Virus record (IMG/VR): IMGVR_UViG_3300033153_011579
Strand: one strand, 5' to 3'
Source of the DNA: a virus
Lineage: Duplodnaviria > Heunggongvirae > Uroviricota > Caudoviricetes
Length of the DNA: 64,000 nucleotides
The notes beneath the pieces are model-generated. The model searched no databases and was not told the origin of the DNA. It saw nothing but the letters and a program-made list of their open reading frames with translations. Both the position numbers and the translations under genes were made by a program. Positions 8,651-16,487 of the stretch are shown in pieces. The first letter of the stretch is position 1. Each line of letters opens with the position of its first letter.

Positions 8651-8679
8651 GAGAATTCAGGATTCTCTGACACGGAGGA
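8647..8679 (+). promoter_or_regulatory. junction element copy
   Basis: GTAAGAGAATtcaggATTCTCTGACACGGAGGATG. Confidence 0.8.
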
Positions 8680-8683
8680 TGAG

Positions 8684-9052
8684 ATGTGGAACAGAGTAAT
8701 ATTCGCGGGCTGGATGGTAGTCGCGTTGCTGATCGGGGTCCTATTCGGCGCAGGCCTCTACCAAACCTGGCCGGCTAATCCCGACGTGATCGAGGACACC
8801 GAACCCTCAAGCGGTCGGCCCCTAGAGATCGAGATCTGCTCAGACGCGGCTGACCACTGCAACGATTCGGAGGACTGCGTAGAGGACGTATTCTCGCGGT
8901 GTCTTTACCACCTCGGGACGCCAACAATGTCCGACTGTCACGAAGAGTGCGCAGGGATCATGAAGGAGCTAAGCGACAAGAACGATGCGTGCTGGGATAG
9001 CTTCATGAACTGCCAAGACGTACTCGACGAGGTGTGGCGAGAAGCGCTGTAA
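8684..9052 (+). CDS. membrane-anchored acidic Cys-rich protein (122 aa; paralog of the minus-strand ORF 32459-32836)
   Basis: N-terminal TM segment then Cys-rich ectodomain; the C-terminus HEECAGIMKELSDKNDACWDSFMNC resembles CREECAEIVRDLSRANDDLWERWLAC. Confidence 0.55.
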   Translation: MWNRVIFAGWMVVALLIGVLFGAGLYQTWPANPDVIEDTEPSSGRPLEIEICSDAADHCNDSEDCVEDVFSRCLYHLGTPTMSDCHEECAGIMKELSDKNDACWDSFMNCQDVLDEVWREAL

Positions 9053-9091
9053 GAGAATTGAGAATTCTCTGACACGGAAAAGAGGAACTCA

Positions 9092-9349
9092 GTGACTGAC
9101 GACATCATCCAGATTCGAACCGCGCCAGGATGCCGCAAGGAAAAGCCGATGCGGTATCTGGTGTTCCGCATCGAGTGCTACTACCCAGCGGGTGGGTGGG
9201 ACGACCTCGAAGCGACGACCAACGACAAGGAAACCGCAATCGAACTGGCCAAGAAAATTGAGGCTGAATTCAGCAGCGGCGAGGTGATTGACCTCGATAC
9301 TGGGACTCGCCTTTACCCGCCGTGGCGCGGTGACGACGAGGACGAGTAA
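9092..9349 (+). CDS. hypothetical protein (85 aa; GTG start)
   Basis: Element 9049-9085; ends DE*TAA into the next element. Confidence 0.5.
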   Translation: MTDDIIQIRTAPGCRKEKPMRYLVFRIECYYPAGGWDDLEATTNDKETAIELAKKIEAEFSSGEVIDLDTGTRLYPPWRGDDEDE

Positions 9350-9378
9350 GAGAATTGGCGATTCTCTGACACGGAGAG
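9346..9378 (+). promoter_or_regulatory. junction element copy
   Basis: GTAAGAGAATtggcgATTCTCTGACACGGAGAGG. Confidence 0.8.
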
Positions 9379-9382
9379 GAAG

Positions 9383-9634
9383 ATGACCAGGCTCGAACAG
9401 TACCAAAAACTCCACGAGATCTTCCTCGTGAACAGGTTTTCGGACGTGTTGACCGAGGCTGAAGAAGACGACCTGCTCTACGCCCTGGACGCCGTTTGGT
9501 GGCAGATGACGAGTGCGGAGCACGCCGAAGCGGAGAAGGACACCTGGATGTGGAATCGGGTGCTGCGGGGATGGTTCGCGCACATCGATCCCGCTGGCGG
9601 AACGAACAACCCAGTGATGAAGTGGAGCTTGTAA
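9383..9634 (+). CDS. hypothetical protein (83 aa)
   Basis: Element, then ATG. Confidence 0.5.
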   Translation: MTRLEQYQKLHEIFLVNRFSDVLTEAEEDDLLYALDAVWWQMTSAEHAEAEKDTWMWNRVLRGWFAHIDPAGGTNNPVMKWSL

Positions 9635-9669
9635 GAGAACTGACAATTCCCTTACACGAGGAGGAGAGG

Positions 9670-9945
9670 ATGAGGCGGAATCGCAGAACAATGGTGGCCA
9701 CAAGCACGATAGGTTCGTGGATGAGCCGAGTGTATAGACTGGAAGCTGAGAACGAAAAGCTTCGTACTGATCTTCTCTTCGCCAAAGCAAAGATTAAGGC
9801 GATCCGGGTACGTATTGAGATGGTCGATGATGGGGAGAGCTGTTACCAGTCACACGACGCGGTACCAGACATTCTCAACATTCTGCGTGGGGGGACGCTT
9901 TGGACAGGAAGTCCACAGTACGCCGCCGTCAAAAAACGCCTGTAA
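9670..9945 (+). CDS. hypothetical protein (91 aa, coiled-coil-like N-terminus)
   Basis: Degenerate element 9631-9666, then ATG. Confidence 0.5.
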   Translation: MRRNRRTMVATSTIGSWMSRVYRLEAENEKLRTDLLFAKAKIKAIRVRIEMVDDGESCYQSHDAVPDILNILRGGTLWTGSPQYAAVKKRL

Positions 9946-9982
9946 GAGAACCGACTGACTCTATTACACGAGGAGATAATAG

Positions 9983-10465
9983 ATGCACGGGCTAGGAAGA
10001 AGAGGAAACCGCCGGAAGAAACGCCTGAAGAAACATCGAGGCCGTACTCCTGCTAGAGTTTCGGCATCCAGCAAGGTCTACAACACTACCTCCAGGACCG
10101 TCGTCAAGACTGCTGCGCCCAGCACCGTCGTCACGTTCGACGACGTAGCTGATCTGGCCGAGGCGACCCTCGACGAGGAGAACGTGACCGCGCTGTTCAT
10201 GCGGTACGACAATAACATCAGGCCAACGCTCTTCTACACTGCCTACGCGGAAACTCCGTCTGGGCGCGTCTTCCTCCAGGCAGTCCATGTACTGTCGAAA
10301 GATGAGATCTACGAGAACCCAAAACACCCGCTGCCCTGTTACAGGGACGGCAAGGACATGAGGTGCCCCTATCCGCAGGAGCACATCATCGACAGGGCCG
10401 TTGAGTACTGGGAGTCCCGAGGGATTGACGTCTACGAGGGCACGGTGGAGATGAAGATTTTGTAA
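9983..10465 (+). CDS. hypothetical protein (160 aa, basic N-terminus)
   Basis: Degenerate element 9942-9974. Confidence 0.55.
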   Translation: MHGLGRRGNRRKKRLKKHRGRTPARVSASSKVYNTTSRTVVKTAAPSTVVTFDDVADLAEATLDEENVTALFMRYDNNIRPTLFYTAYAETPSGRVFLQAVHVLSKDEIYENPKHPLPCYRDGKDMRCPYPQEHIIDRAVEYWESRGIDVYEGTVEMKIL

Positions 10466-10499
10466 GAGAACCTTCTATTCCCTGACATGGAGGATTGAG

Positions 10500-10733
10500 A
10501 TGAAAACGGGAGAACGCGAACTGTTCAAGGTAACCGGACGACCTGGTCGCCGTATCTGGCGCAAACAAGCCGGAGCGCGAGGGTACCGACCCATCTGGAC
10601 CTCCGACTACGTTGAGGAGGTTGACGGGAAGTTCTTCTGCACGATTCGGAGTGAGTCCGAGAACGACCTGCCGATGGAGCAGCACGATAACCTTCAAGAC
10701 GCGCTCGAGTGGTTGATGAGGGATCGGACGTAA
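10500..10733 (+). CDS. hypothetical protein (77 aa)
   Basis: Element 10462-10495. Confidence 0.5.
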   Translation: MKTGERELFKVTGRPGRRIWRKQAGARGYRPIWTSDYVEEVDGKFFCTIRSESENDLPMEQHDNLQDALEWLMRDRT

Positions 10734-10762
10734 GAGAATCAACGATTCTCTGACATGGAGGA
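10730..10762 (+). promoter_or_regulatory. junction element copy
   Basis: GTAAGAGAATcaacgATTCTCTGACATGGAGGAC. Confidence 0.8.
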
Positions 10763-10766
10763 CAGG

Positions 10767-10961
10767 ATGAAACGCACGCTGTTGACCGAGATCGACTTTG
10801 ACCGTCAGAGCTGTCGGGTCATCGAGGCGGAGATCATCAAGTGCAACACCTGTAAGGGTAGCGGTTGGAAAGAGGTTTCGACGCACCGCGGAAACTACAG
10901 ACGCCGCTGTGCTCAGTGCCACGGCACAGGCAAGGTGCTGGTGGGACCGAAGGTTCGATGA
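10767..10961 (+). CDS. DnaJ-type zinc-finger-like mini-protein (64 aa; CNTCKGSG ... CAQCHGTG)
   Basis: Two CxxCxGxG repeats. Confidence 0.45.
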   Translation: MKRTLLTEIDFDRQSCRVIEAEIIKCNTCKGSGWKEVSTHRGNYRRRCAQCHGTGKVLVGPKVR

Positions 10962-11002
10962 CTGTAAGAGAACAGACGATTCTCTGACACGAGGAGAGAA
11001 GG

Positions 11003-11254
11003 ATGAATTTCAGTAACGAGCAAATGACAGAGTGGCTGTCGGAGGTTCCGGAAGCTACCAGCGTACGCTGCGTGGCTATCCCTCCGTACATCAGTAAAGA
11101 GATGAAGGAGCGGCCAGTGATTCCGTGGGATCTGCTTACCCGAGAAGTCAACAACAAGATAGGTGATGGTGACCGCGTACTCGGGATTCGTGCTGCGGGG
11201 GCCAACTCCTACGGCAATTACTGGATCATCATTTGGGTTGGCAACAAAGAGTGA
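11003..11254 (+). CDS. hypothetical protein (83 aa)
   Basis: Element 10964-10996. Confidence 0.5.
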   Translation: MNFSNEQMTEWLSEVPEATSVRCVAIPPYISKEMKERPVIPWDLLTREVNNKIGDGDRVLGIRAAGANSYGNYWIIIWVGNKE

Positions 11255-11293
11255 GCTTGTAAGAGAAACTAATATTCTCTGACGGAGGAGAGC

Positions 11294-11527
11294 ATGGACA
11301 ACGATACCAAAAGACTGTGTGGCAACTGCTTCTGGTTTGATCAAGAGCTCTGTCGACGACTGCCACCGCGCATGATTGACCAGGTAGATCTTTATGAAAA
11401 AGATAGTGAGTTCAACACCTGGAATGCCAGTTACGCAGACGACTACACCTCTTGGCCAGTTGTAGAAGAGAAAGCCTGGTGCGGAGAATGGCGATCGAAG
11501 GAAGACGGCTGGCCCGTCGGTAAGTAA
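11294..11527 (+). CDS. Cys-containing hypothetical protein (77 aa)
   Basis: Element 11259-11290. Confidence 0.5.
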   Translation: MDNDTKRLCGNCFWFDQELCRRLPPRMIDQVDLYEKDSEFNTWNASYADDYTSWPVVEEKAWCGEWRSKEDGWPVGK

Positions 11528-11559
11528 GAGAATCAAACATTCTCTGACACGAGGAGAAG

Positions 11560-11673
11560 ATGATGGAAATTCTAATTTTTTGGCTGTGCTTTTGTGGACT
11601 CGGAGCCGTTGGTATATTGGTAGCGTCCTTGGTGATCCTCAGTGAGGAACGTCAACGAAACGGTCGCCAGTAA
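11560..11673 (+). CDS. membrane peptide (37 aa)
   Basis: Element 11524-11556; hydrophobic ILIFWLCFCGLGAVGILVASLVIL. Confidence 0.35.
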   Translation: MMEILIFWLCFCGLGAVGILVASLVILSEERQRNGRQ

Positions 11674-11714
11674 GAGAATCAGCACGTTCCCTGAAAGGAA
11701 GATTGGAGAACAAA

Positions 11715-11927
11715 ATGTCGAAGAACACGGTCACGCAGCACGTTTTGGTTGATTCCCATGTTGAGTGCTTCCCTGAGGAATTCCTCGAAGCACTTCTCGC
11801 AGTTTGTCCGGCTCCCTTGGCACCGGACAGTCTTAAACAACTCCGTGACATAGGGAGAGTCCAGTTGAGCCTCTGGCTTTCCCCGGAGGACTTGAAGCGC
11901 TGGACAGGTAAAGCGCCAGGGGAATGA
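11715..11927 (+). CDS. hypothetical protein (70 aa)
   Basis: Hybrid element 11670-11700; the stop TGA lies inside a family-2 hairpin. Confidence 0.45.
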   Translation: MSKNTVTQHVLVDSHVECFPEEFLEALLAVCPAPLAPDSLKQLRDIGRVQLSLWLSPEDLKRWTGKAPGE

Positions 11928-11936
11928 CACTTTCCC
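11919..11936 (+). promoter_or_regulatory. family-2 hairpin (GGGAATGACACTTTCCC) containing the stop codon
   Basis: Sequence at this position. Confidence 0.6.
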
Positions 11937-11976
11937 TGTGCCTACACAACAACCGCCTAGTGGGGCAAGGAGTAGG

Positions 11977-12330
11977 ATGATGACAGAGCATACATTGACC
12001 GTTGGTGGAAGCGAGGTCGTGGTTTCGAGTAACCCTGTTTCAAGGGACCTTGTCGGCTCGGACCGCAGCTTCGGAGATGAACGCGCGCACCCATGTCCGA
12101 ACTGTAGCAAAAATAGTCTGCGCTACCATTTCCTCGACTACAGGCCTGCGCTGTCGTGGGCCTGCGTCGAGTGTGGCTATGCTGAGCACCCGCCGATTGA
12201 AAAGTTGGTTGCCGATGGGTACTCCCCGCAGAAGGTAGAGGAGGATTGGTCGACCTGCATTTACCCAAAGGAGTGGATGCTTTACTCCCCGCTTGAGCGG
12301 TTAGCGTCACCACAAACACGAAAGGATTAG
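11977..12330 (+). CDS. Zn-ribbon-like protein (117 aa; CPNC...CVEC)
   Basis: RBS AAGGAG; GC3 bias. Confidence 0.45.
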   Translation: MMTEHTLTVGGSEVVVSSNPVSRDLVGSDRSFGDERAHPCPNCSKNSLRYHFLDYRPALSWACVECGYAEHPPIEKLVADGYSPQKVEEDWSTCIYPKEWMLYSPLERLASPQTRKD

Positions 12331-12334
12331 AACG

Positions 12335-12685
12335 ATGGGTTTGTTTTCACCACCAGGCCAAGCTCCAGATCTCCGAGAGGCGAAAGATGTTAGAGTTATC
12401 GTCACCCTATGCAAGGACGAAGAACCAGGTGATGGATATGTCCGAACACAGATAACCGCTCTCGATGAACTCGAGGAGGGTGAAGAGGGTTTAAATATTA
12501 ACGGAGACAACGTCTTTGAGGCACTGGTTTACGCGCTGTACCACCACTTTGTAAACGAGCACGAGGTTGGGCATTCTTGTTGCCTTACTCATTTTATCGA
12601 AGAGATCACAGACCTACTGGAGCGTGTCAACGAGACTGACGGAAACGAAAAGGTCAGTCGGAGTTCTGAAGAACACACACATTAA
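12335..12685 (+). CDS. hypothetical acidic protein (116 aa)
   Basis: ORF with GC3 bias. Confidence 0.5.
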   Translation: MGLFSPPGQAPDLREAKDVRVIVTLCKDEEPGDGYVRTQITALDELEEGEEGLNINGDNVFEALVYALYHHFVNEHEVGHSCCLTHFIEEITDLLERVNETDGNEKVSRSSEEHTH

Positions 12686-12725
12686 TAAGGGTTATTGCAT
12701 CAGCTGCGGACCGTCGACCCTGTAT

Positions 12726-12746
12726 GAGGAATGACACGTTCCCTGG
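12726..12746 (+). promoter_or_regulatory. family-2 hairpin (GAGGAATGACACGTTCCCTGG) in a ~285-bp gene-poor stretch
   Basis: Sequence at this position. Confidence 0.55.
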
Positions 12747-12971
12747 TGGGAGAACGTCGAACTGGAGTGAGAGGAGTTTGAATGTTTAAAGCACGTCGAG
12801 TTCTCCGAGCGCGCGGTGAGTGTGGACGGGGGCCTGCGTTGGGTTTTTGTGACGAATTCTCCTTAGCAGGCCTTCTACGTGGAGTGCTTCAACCATTCCA
12901 TCGACCTACTCGACCCACTCACCGCGCGCTCGGAGAACTCGACGGCACGCAGTCGGGGGAAGGAGAAAAGA

Positions 12972-13181
12972 ATGCGAAAATATCGATTTCAGCACGATGA
13001 GGATGGTGACGTGCTGTGGGTCTACATCGCCGGTAACTCCGCGTACCCAGGGGAGCACCGCTTCGATCCACCAGAAGTTTTGGAGGCCTACATCGGTTAC
13101 CTTCGAGCATGTAAAGGTGATCAACTTGATTCTGATGTAGTTATCGCCTGGAAGGACAGTGCTTGGGGTCCGGATGTCTGA
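12972..13181 (+). CDS. hypothetical protein (69 aa)
   Basis: RBS GGAAGGAGAAAAG; the overlapping ORF 12782-13000 has weak GC3 bias and is less likely. Confidence 0.45.
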   Translation: MRKYRFQHDEDGDVLWVYIAGNSAYPGEHRFDPPEVLEAYIGYLRACKGDQLDSDVVIAWKDSAWGPDV

Positions 13182-13196
13182 TGACACGTTCCCTGG
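13180..13196 (+). promoter_or_regulatory. family-2 hairpin variant overlapping the stop (TGATGACACGTTCCCTGG)
   Basis: Sequence at this position. Confidence 0.5.
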
Positions 13197-13232
13197 TACC
13201 CCTATGCCCAAACACTAGGCAGGAGGAATGAG

Positions 13233-13412
13233 ATGTCTGAAAAGAAAGCTGTGGTTCAACGTGTTGTCATCCACGAACTCTTGGATGCAGGTGTGGTGGC
13301 GATCGAAGGACGTGATCTTGTGTTCGAGTCCCCCTGGGACAAGGGCTCAGAGGCGATGATTGCTTTGATGAAGAAAGGCCTCGTCAAAGACGTGGTCCGG
13401 GACAGGGAATGA
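13233..13412 (+). CDS. hypothetical protein (59 aa)
   Basis: RBS AGGAGGAA; the stop TGA lies inside family-2 hairpin 13405-13423. Confidence 0.4.
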   Translation: MSEKKAVVQRVVIHELLDAGVVAIEGRDLVFESPWDKGSEAMIALMKKGLVKDVVRDRE

Positions 13413-13437
13413 CACGTCCCCTGAAAGGAGAAGCCCG

Positions 13438-13713
13438 ATGGGTCAAACAACATCCGACAATCCAGGTGGAGTGAAGTCGCTCTTCGAAGATAACAACTCA
13501 CAAAAAGCTACTGCCTCCACGCTCGCCGGATACCTCGTCGAAGATGGTGCTTGGATGGTATTGCCAGATGGGGACCGCGAGATCACTATTGTGCGGCACA
13601 GAGACTATGGCACGATCATGTATCTCATTGATGGTCCAGGCGAGGATATAAGAAGCGGCGTAGTAAAAACGGTGCGAGAACTCGCTGACGCCATCGCCGT
13701 TGGTGGGGAATGA
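13438..13713 (+). CDS. hypothetical protein (91 aa)
   Basis: Hairpin + AAAGGAGAAG RBS; the stop TGA lies inside family-2 hairpin 13706-13723. Confidence 0.5.
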   Translation: MGQTTSDNPGGVKSLFEDNNSQKATASTLAGYLVEDGAWMVLPDGDREITIVRHRDYGTIMYLIDGPGEDIRSGVVKTVRELADAIAVGGE

Positions 13714-13737
13714 CACGTTCCCTAGGAACTTGAGCTT

Positions 13738-13770
13738 GTAAGAGAATCTCGCATTCTCTGACACGGAGGA
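13738..13770 (+). promoter_or_regulatory. junction element copy immediately downstream of a family-2 hairpin
   Basis: GTAAGAGAATctcgcATTCTCTGACACGGAGGAA. Confidence 0.8.
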
Positions 13771-13774
13771 AAAA

Positions 13775-13954
13775 ATGGACGAACACATGAGATATTTAGG
13801 CTGCCTGAAACTACTTGAGGATTGCTCACCTTACGTACCGGAAGAGATTCGTGAGGGTATCGAGATGGCTCACGACGATGCTGTAGAGGCCAGCAACGGG
13901 ACCTTGCGGGCTCGCAGTGTGCTCGATCGACGAGAGATCGAGGTGGTGACGTAA
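13775..13954 (+). CDS. hypothetical protein (59 aa)
   Basis: Element, then ATG; the stop is the TAA of the next element. Confidence 0.4.
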   Translation: MDEHMRYLGCLKLLEDCSPYVPEEIREGIEMAHDDAVEASNGTLRARSVLDRREIEVVT

Positions 13955-13985
13955 GAGAATCCGCACGTTCTCTTACACGGAGGAA

Positions 13986-14189
13986 ATGATGGGTAAAGAT
14001 GTGAGGACCAAGACATTCGCTATGATGTTTCGGGAGCGCTGCGTGATCATGCGGGATGCTTTCGACCGCCGTGACGTAGAGGGCTTTGCTACTGCTCTCA
14101 AGGACGTTGAGCGCCTGATGCGAGAGCACGCCGAGGGGTGCGGCTGCTCACAATGCCGAGAGACGCTGAAGATCATGAATGAGGTGTAA
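13986..14189 (+). CDS. hypothetical protein (67 aa; C-terminal CGCSQC)
   Basis: Element 13951-13983. Confidence 0.5.
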   Translation: MMGKDVRTKTFAMMFRERCVIMRDAFDRRDVEGFATALKDVERLMREHAEGCGCSQCRETLKIMNEV

Positions 14190-14223
14190 GAGAATACACA
14201 CGTCCTTTAACACGGAGGAAACG

Positions 14224-14460
14224 ATGAGTACTGTTCTGGATAATGACCAAAAATTGATGGTAATTCTGGCGGTTGTGGTGGCACTCTTCCTGTTAATTTT
14301 GGCTGGTGGGAAGCTTATTGGTGATGTTTTGTCACCCCCAACACCCCAAGAGGACTGTATGAACCAGGCCCAGCAGCTGGACAGCGAGGAGTCTGAGAAA
14401 GAAGCCTACTACAAGTGTCTTGAGTCTTTAGGGCTGGAAGATCCTAAAAAGGCTTTGTAA
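14224..14460 (+). CDS. small membrane protein (78 aa)
   Basis: Element 14186-14218; TM segment MVILAVVVALFLLILAGG. Confidence 0.5.
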   Translation: MSTVLDNDQKLMVILAVVVALFLLILAGGKLIGDVLSPPTPQEDCMNQAQQLDSEESEKEAYYKCLESLGLEDPKKAL

Positions 14461-14492
14461 GAGAATCTTCCGTTCTCTGACACGGAGAAGAA

Positions 14493-15164
14493 GTGAAGCT
14501 GAGAAAACCACCAATCCTCTGCTCGATCTGCGGAGACCCAATCGTCACGAAGTGGCGAGACAAGCGAAGGCAGACCTGCGGGTCTCCCGAGTGCCGGGTG
14601 GCGATCCTGCTCGAGCCGCACCTGGGCGACCGGACTCGACCGTACGCCGGCGGAGCTCGCGGGAAGTGGAAAAAAAGCACCAAGCGCGGGTCGGTGGTGC
14701 GCGACCTCGCGAAGTGGGGTATTGGGCTTTCCGAGGAGATCTCCACGAACCTCGCCGACGCGGCCGACCAGGTCTTTAAGAGAACCAAAACCGCGAAGGC
14801 GGTCGGGACGAAGAAGGACGAGCGCGGTGCGGACCACCCGGAGGCCCAGGCTCAGATCTGGGGCTTCCTCGCTCGTAGGAGCGCGCTCATAAAAGTCGTC
14901 AGCAAGGACGACGGCGAGCCCGGGTTGCTCATTCTCAAAACCAAAAGCGAGAGTGTCCCGCACGCCATCCGCCGTCTCCTGAGCATCACCCCGGTCTCCG
15001 AGAACCTGTGCGATGTCTTCATGGCGTGGAGCTGTCCTTGCCCTCAGGACTCTCGAGTGATTTACGAAACGATCGACGACCTGCCCAAGACGGTAGGCTA
15101 TCACGACCCGTGCCCGCGTTGCGGTGCGGCACCACTGGAGGTGAAAAATGTTCCTAAAAAATAG
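14493..15164 (+). CDS. hypothetical protein with N- and C-terminal Zn-ribbon-like Cys pairs (223 aa; GTG start)
   Basis: Last element copy 14457-14487; strong GC3 bias; CSICG...CGSPEC ... CPRCG. Confidence 0.55.
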   Translation: MKLRKPPILCSICGDPIVTKWRDKRRQTCGSPECRVAILLEPHLGDRTRPYAGGARGKWKKSTKRGSVVRDLAKWGIGLSEEISTNLADAADQVFKRTKTAKAVGTKKDERGADHPEAQAQIWGFLARRSALIKVVSKDDGEPGLLILKTKSESVPHAIRRLLSITPVSENLCDVFMAWSCPCPQDSRVIYETIDDLPKTVGYHDPCPRCGAAPLEVKNVPKK

Positions 15165-15528
15165 CGTGTTCCTTCCCGGGCGAGGCTGGCTACTCGTGAA
15201 GCCACCGGAGTCGGAAGCCGACACAGGAGAGGTCTACACTGTCGACGTGATCGAGCTCGCCGCCGAGGAGAAGTCCGCGTGCCCGCAGTTCCAGGAGGAG
15301 ACAGCGATACGCGGTGCTGGCGGCGCTCCGATGATGACCGTGGACATCGTGCTCCCGAAGCGCTGCTACGTCGGTGACCGGTGGAGCGTACTAAAGGACA
15401 GAGACGCAGTGCGCGAGGTACCCGACCTGGACGGTGCCCTGCTCAAGACCGAGGAGGTGATCGGCTGGGAGTGGGAGGACGACCGTCTCAAGCCGCCTCC
15501 TGGCGTCGTAGAGGACCTGGACTCCTGA
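15148..15528 (+). CDS. hypothetical protein (126 aa); weak GroES/gp31-like pattern
   Basis: RBS GGAGGTGA then ATG; GRGWLLVKP...GEVYTV...VGDRWSV loosely recalls the Cpn10 fold. Confidence 0.4.
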   Translation: MFLKNSVFLPGRGWLLVKPPESEADTGEVYTVDVIELAAEEKSACPQFQEETAIRGAGGAPMMTVDIVLPKRCYVGDRWSVLKDRDAVREVPDLDGALLKTEEVIGWEWEDDRLKPPPGVVEDLDS

Positions 15529-16487
15529 TGCCGACCAGAGCACACATCCAGGCGTTGGCCAACGCGAGAGAGGCTCTCGAGCCGTTCAGCCGGTGGCTCG
15601 TCCGCGGGTGCGGGAAGACCGATGGAGAGGCCGACTTCATCATCAGCTTCGTGTGTCGCGCGCTGTGGACTTCCACCGCCGACGACGACGAGGATCCCGA
15701 CCCGCTCGATTGCCTCTCCGAGCCGATGATCACCCGGCCGACATTCAACAAGCTGAAATCGGCCATCCGGCAGTATTACACCTGGCACCTCGTCCGGCAG
15801 TCGTCGCCACCGAGTGAGAAAGAGCGGGCGAGGCGGCAGCTCAGGCGGCTCGAATCCATCTTGCCGTACGGCGGCGTCGGGAGACGAGCCAAACGGGTCG
15901 CGATCGATGCGCTGTCGCAGGCGGATTTAAAAAAGCTCATGGACGGACTGAAAAAATGGCACGCGGAACAAGGACGGCGATGGCCCTGGAGCTACCCGGT
16001 GATCAGCATGTGCCTGAAGATCTCGCCGGCGATCAGAAACTGTCTGGTCTACCTCTCTCGTGAGGAGCTCGTCCTCGCTCTCGCCGACGGGGTGAACAGC
16101 GGGTCGTTCAACCTGTGGGTCCGCCAGAAGAACGTGCCGGTCATGAGGTCGATCCCCATCGGGCTCGTCTGGAAAGAGGCGGACATGCTCGTCGGCTGGC
16201 CCTGGCAATGGGAGACGCTCCAGGACATTATCTCGTCGTCCAACGCGAGCACCCAGAACTCGGTGAACAAGATCAAAGAGATCTCTTTCAAGTACTATCG
16301 CCACGTCCTGGGAGACATCGGCGACCCGAAGACGTTCTTAGCTCGACTTCGGTATGCCACCTGGGTCTGGCTCTTGAAAAAGACGAAAGGCGACTGGCTC
16401 TCCGTCGCGCAGATCGTCGGGAAGTCGGTAAAGATCCTCAGAAGACGGCCGGAGCTGCTCGAGGTCGTGTCGAGGAGGCTGAACTAG
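15526..16487 (+). CDS. hypothetical protein (320 aa)
   Basis: ATGA overlap; the long ORF table entry begins upstream at 15381, but the in-frame ATG at 15526 matches the preceding stop. Confidence 0.5.

Larger units (their letters stand above)
1141..14492 (+). repeat. dispersed array of ~31 copies of a 33-36-bp stop / hairpin / Shine-Dalgarno junction element (GTAAGAGAAT-N4-6-ATTCTCTGACACGGAGGAG), one in front of almost every early gene
   Basis: Copies begin near 1141, 1733, 2018, 2472, 2709, 4336, 4585, 5378, 5606, 6490, 6809, 7149, 7679, 8373, 8647, 9049, 9346, 9631, 9942, 10462, 10730, 10964, 11259, 11524, 11670, 13738, 13951, 14186 and 14457. Partial copies (CACTGACACGGAG) lie at 3070 and 6276. 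Confidence 0.9.

Noticed and set aside
12782-13000. ORF of 72 aa with a good RBS in the gene-poor stretch.
   Set aside because: Third-codon positions are not GC-biased, unlike neighbouring genes, and it overlaps the better-supported ORF at 12972-13181. Kept only as a remote possibility.
1141-14492. Repeat array as a CRISPR array.
   Set aside because: Repeat spacing equals gene length (100-700 bp), and the repeats contain an SD and are followed by start codons. This is not CRISPR architecture.
1141-14492. Hairpins as Rho-independent terminators, or the embedded TGACA as a sigma70 -35 box.
   Set aside because: No U-tract follows any copy. TGACA lies ~20 nt before the ATG, leaving no room for a -10 and a leader.
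983-15224. Many antisense ORFs in the early block (for example 983-1297, 1826-2080, 2340-2864, 4438-4920, 6457-6750, 7047-7232, 7406-7705, 8205-8426, 8938-9171, 10913-11536, 13498-13788 and 14409-15224 on the minus strand) share the peptide S-V-S-E-N-x-x-F-S-Y.
   Set aside because: The shared peptide is only the reverse-complement translation of the repeated junction element, for example CGTGTCAGAGAATTCCGCATTCTCTTAC gives SVSENSAFSY. These ORFs run antisense to GC3-biased genes and are artefacts of a GC-rich genome.
15526-16487. Possible second tyrosine recombinase, from the RLRYATWVWLL motif.
   Set aside because: No convincing box I Arg, H-x-x-R or terminal Tyr arrangement. The resemblance is too weak to call.
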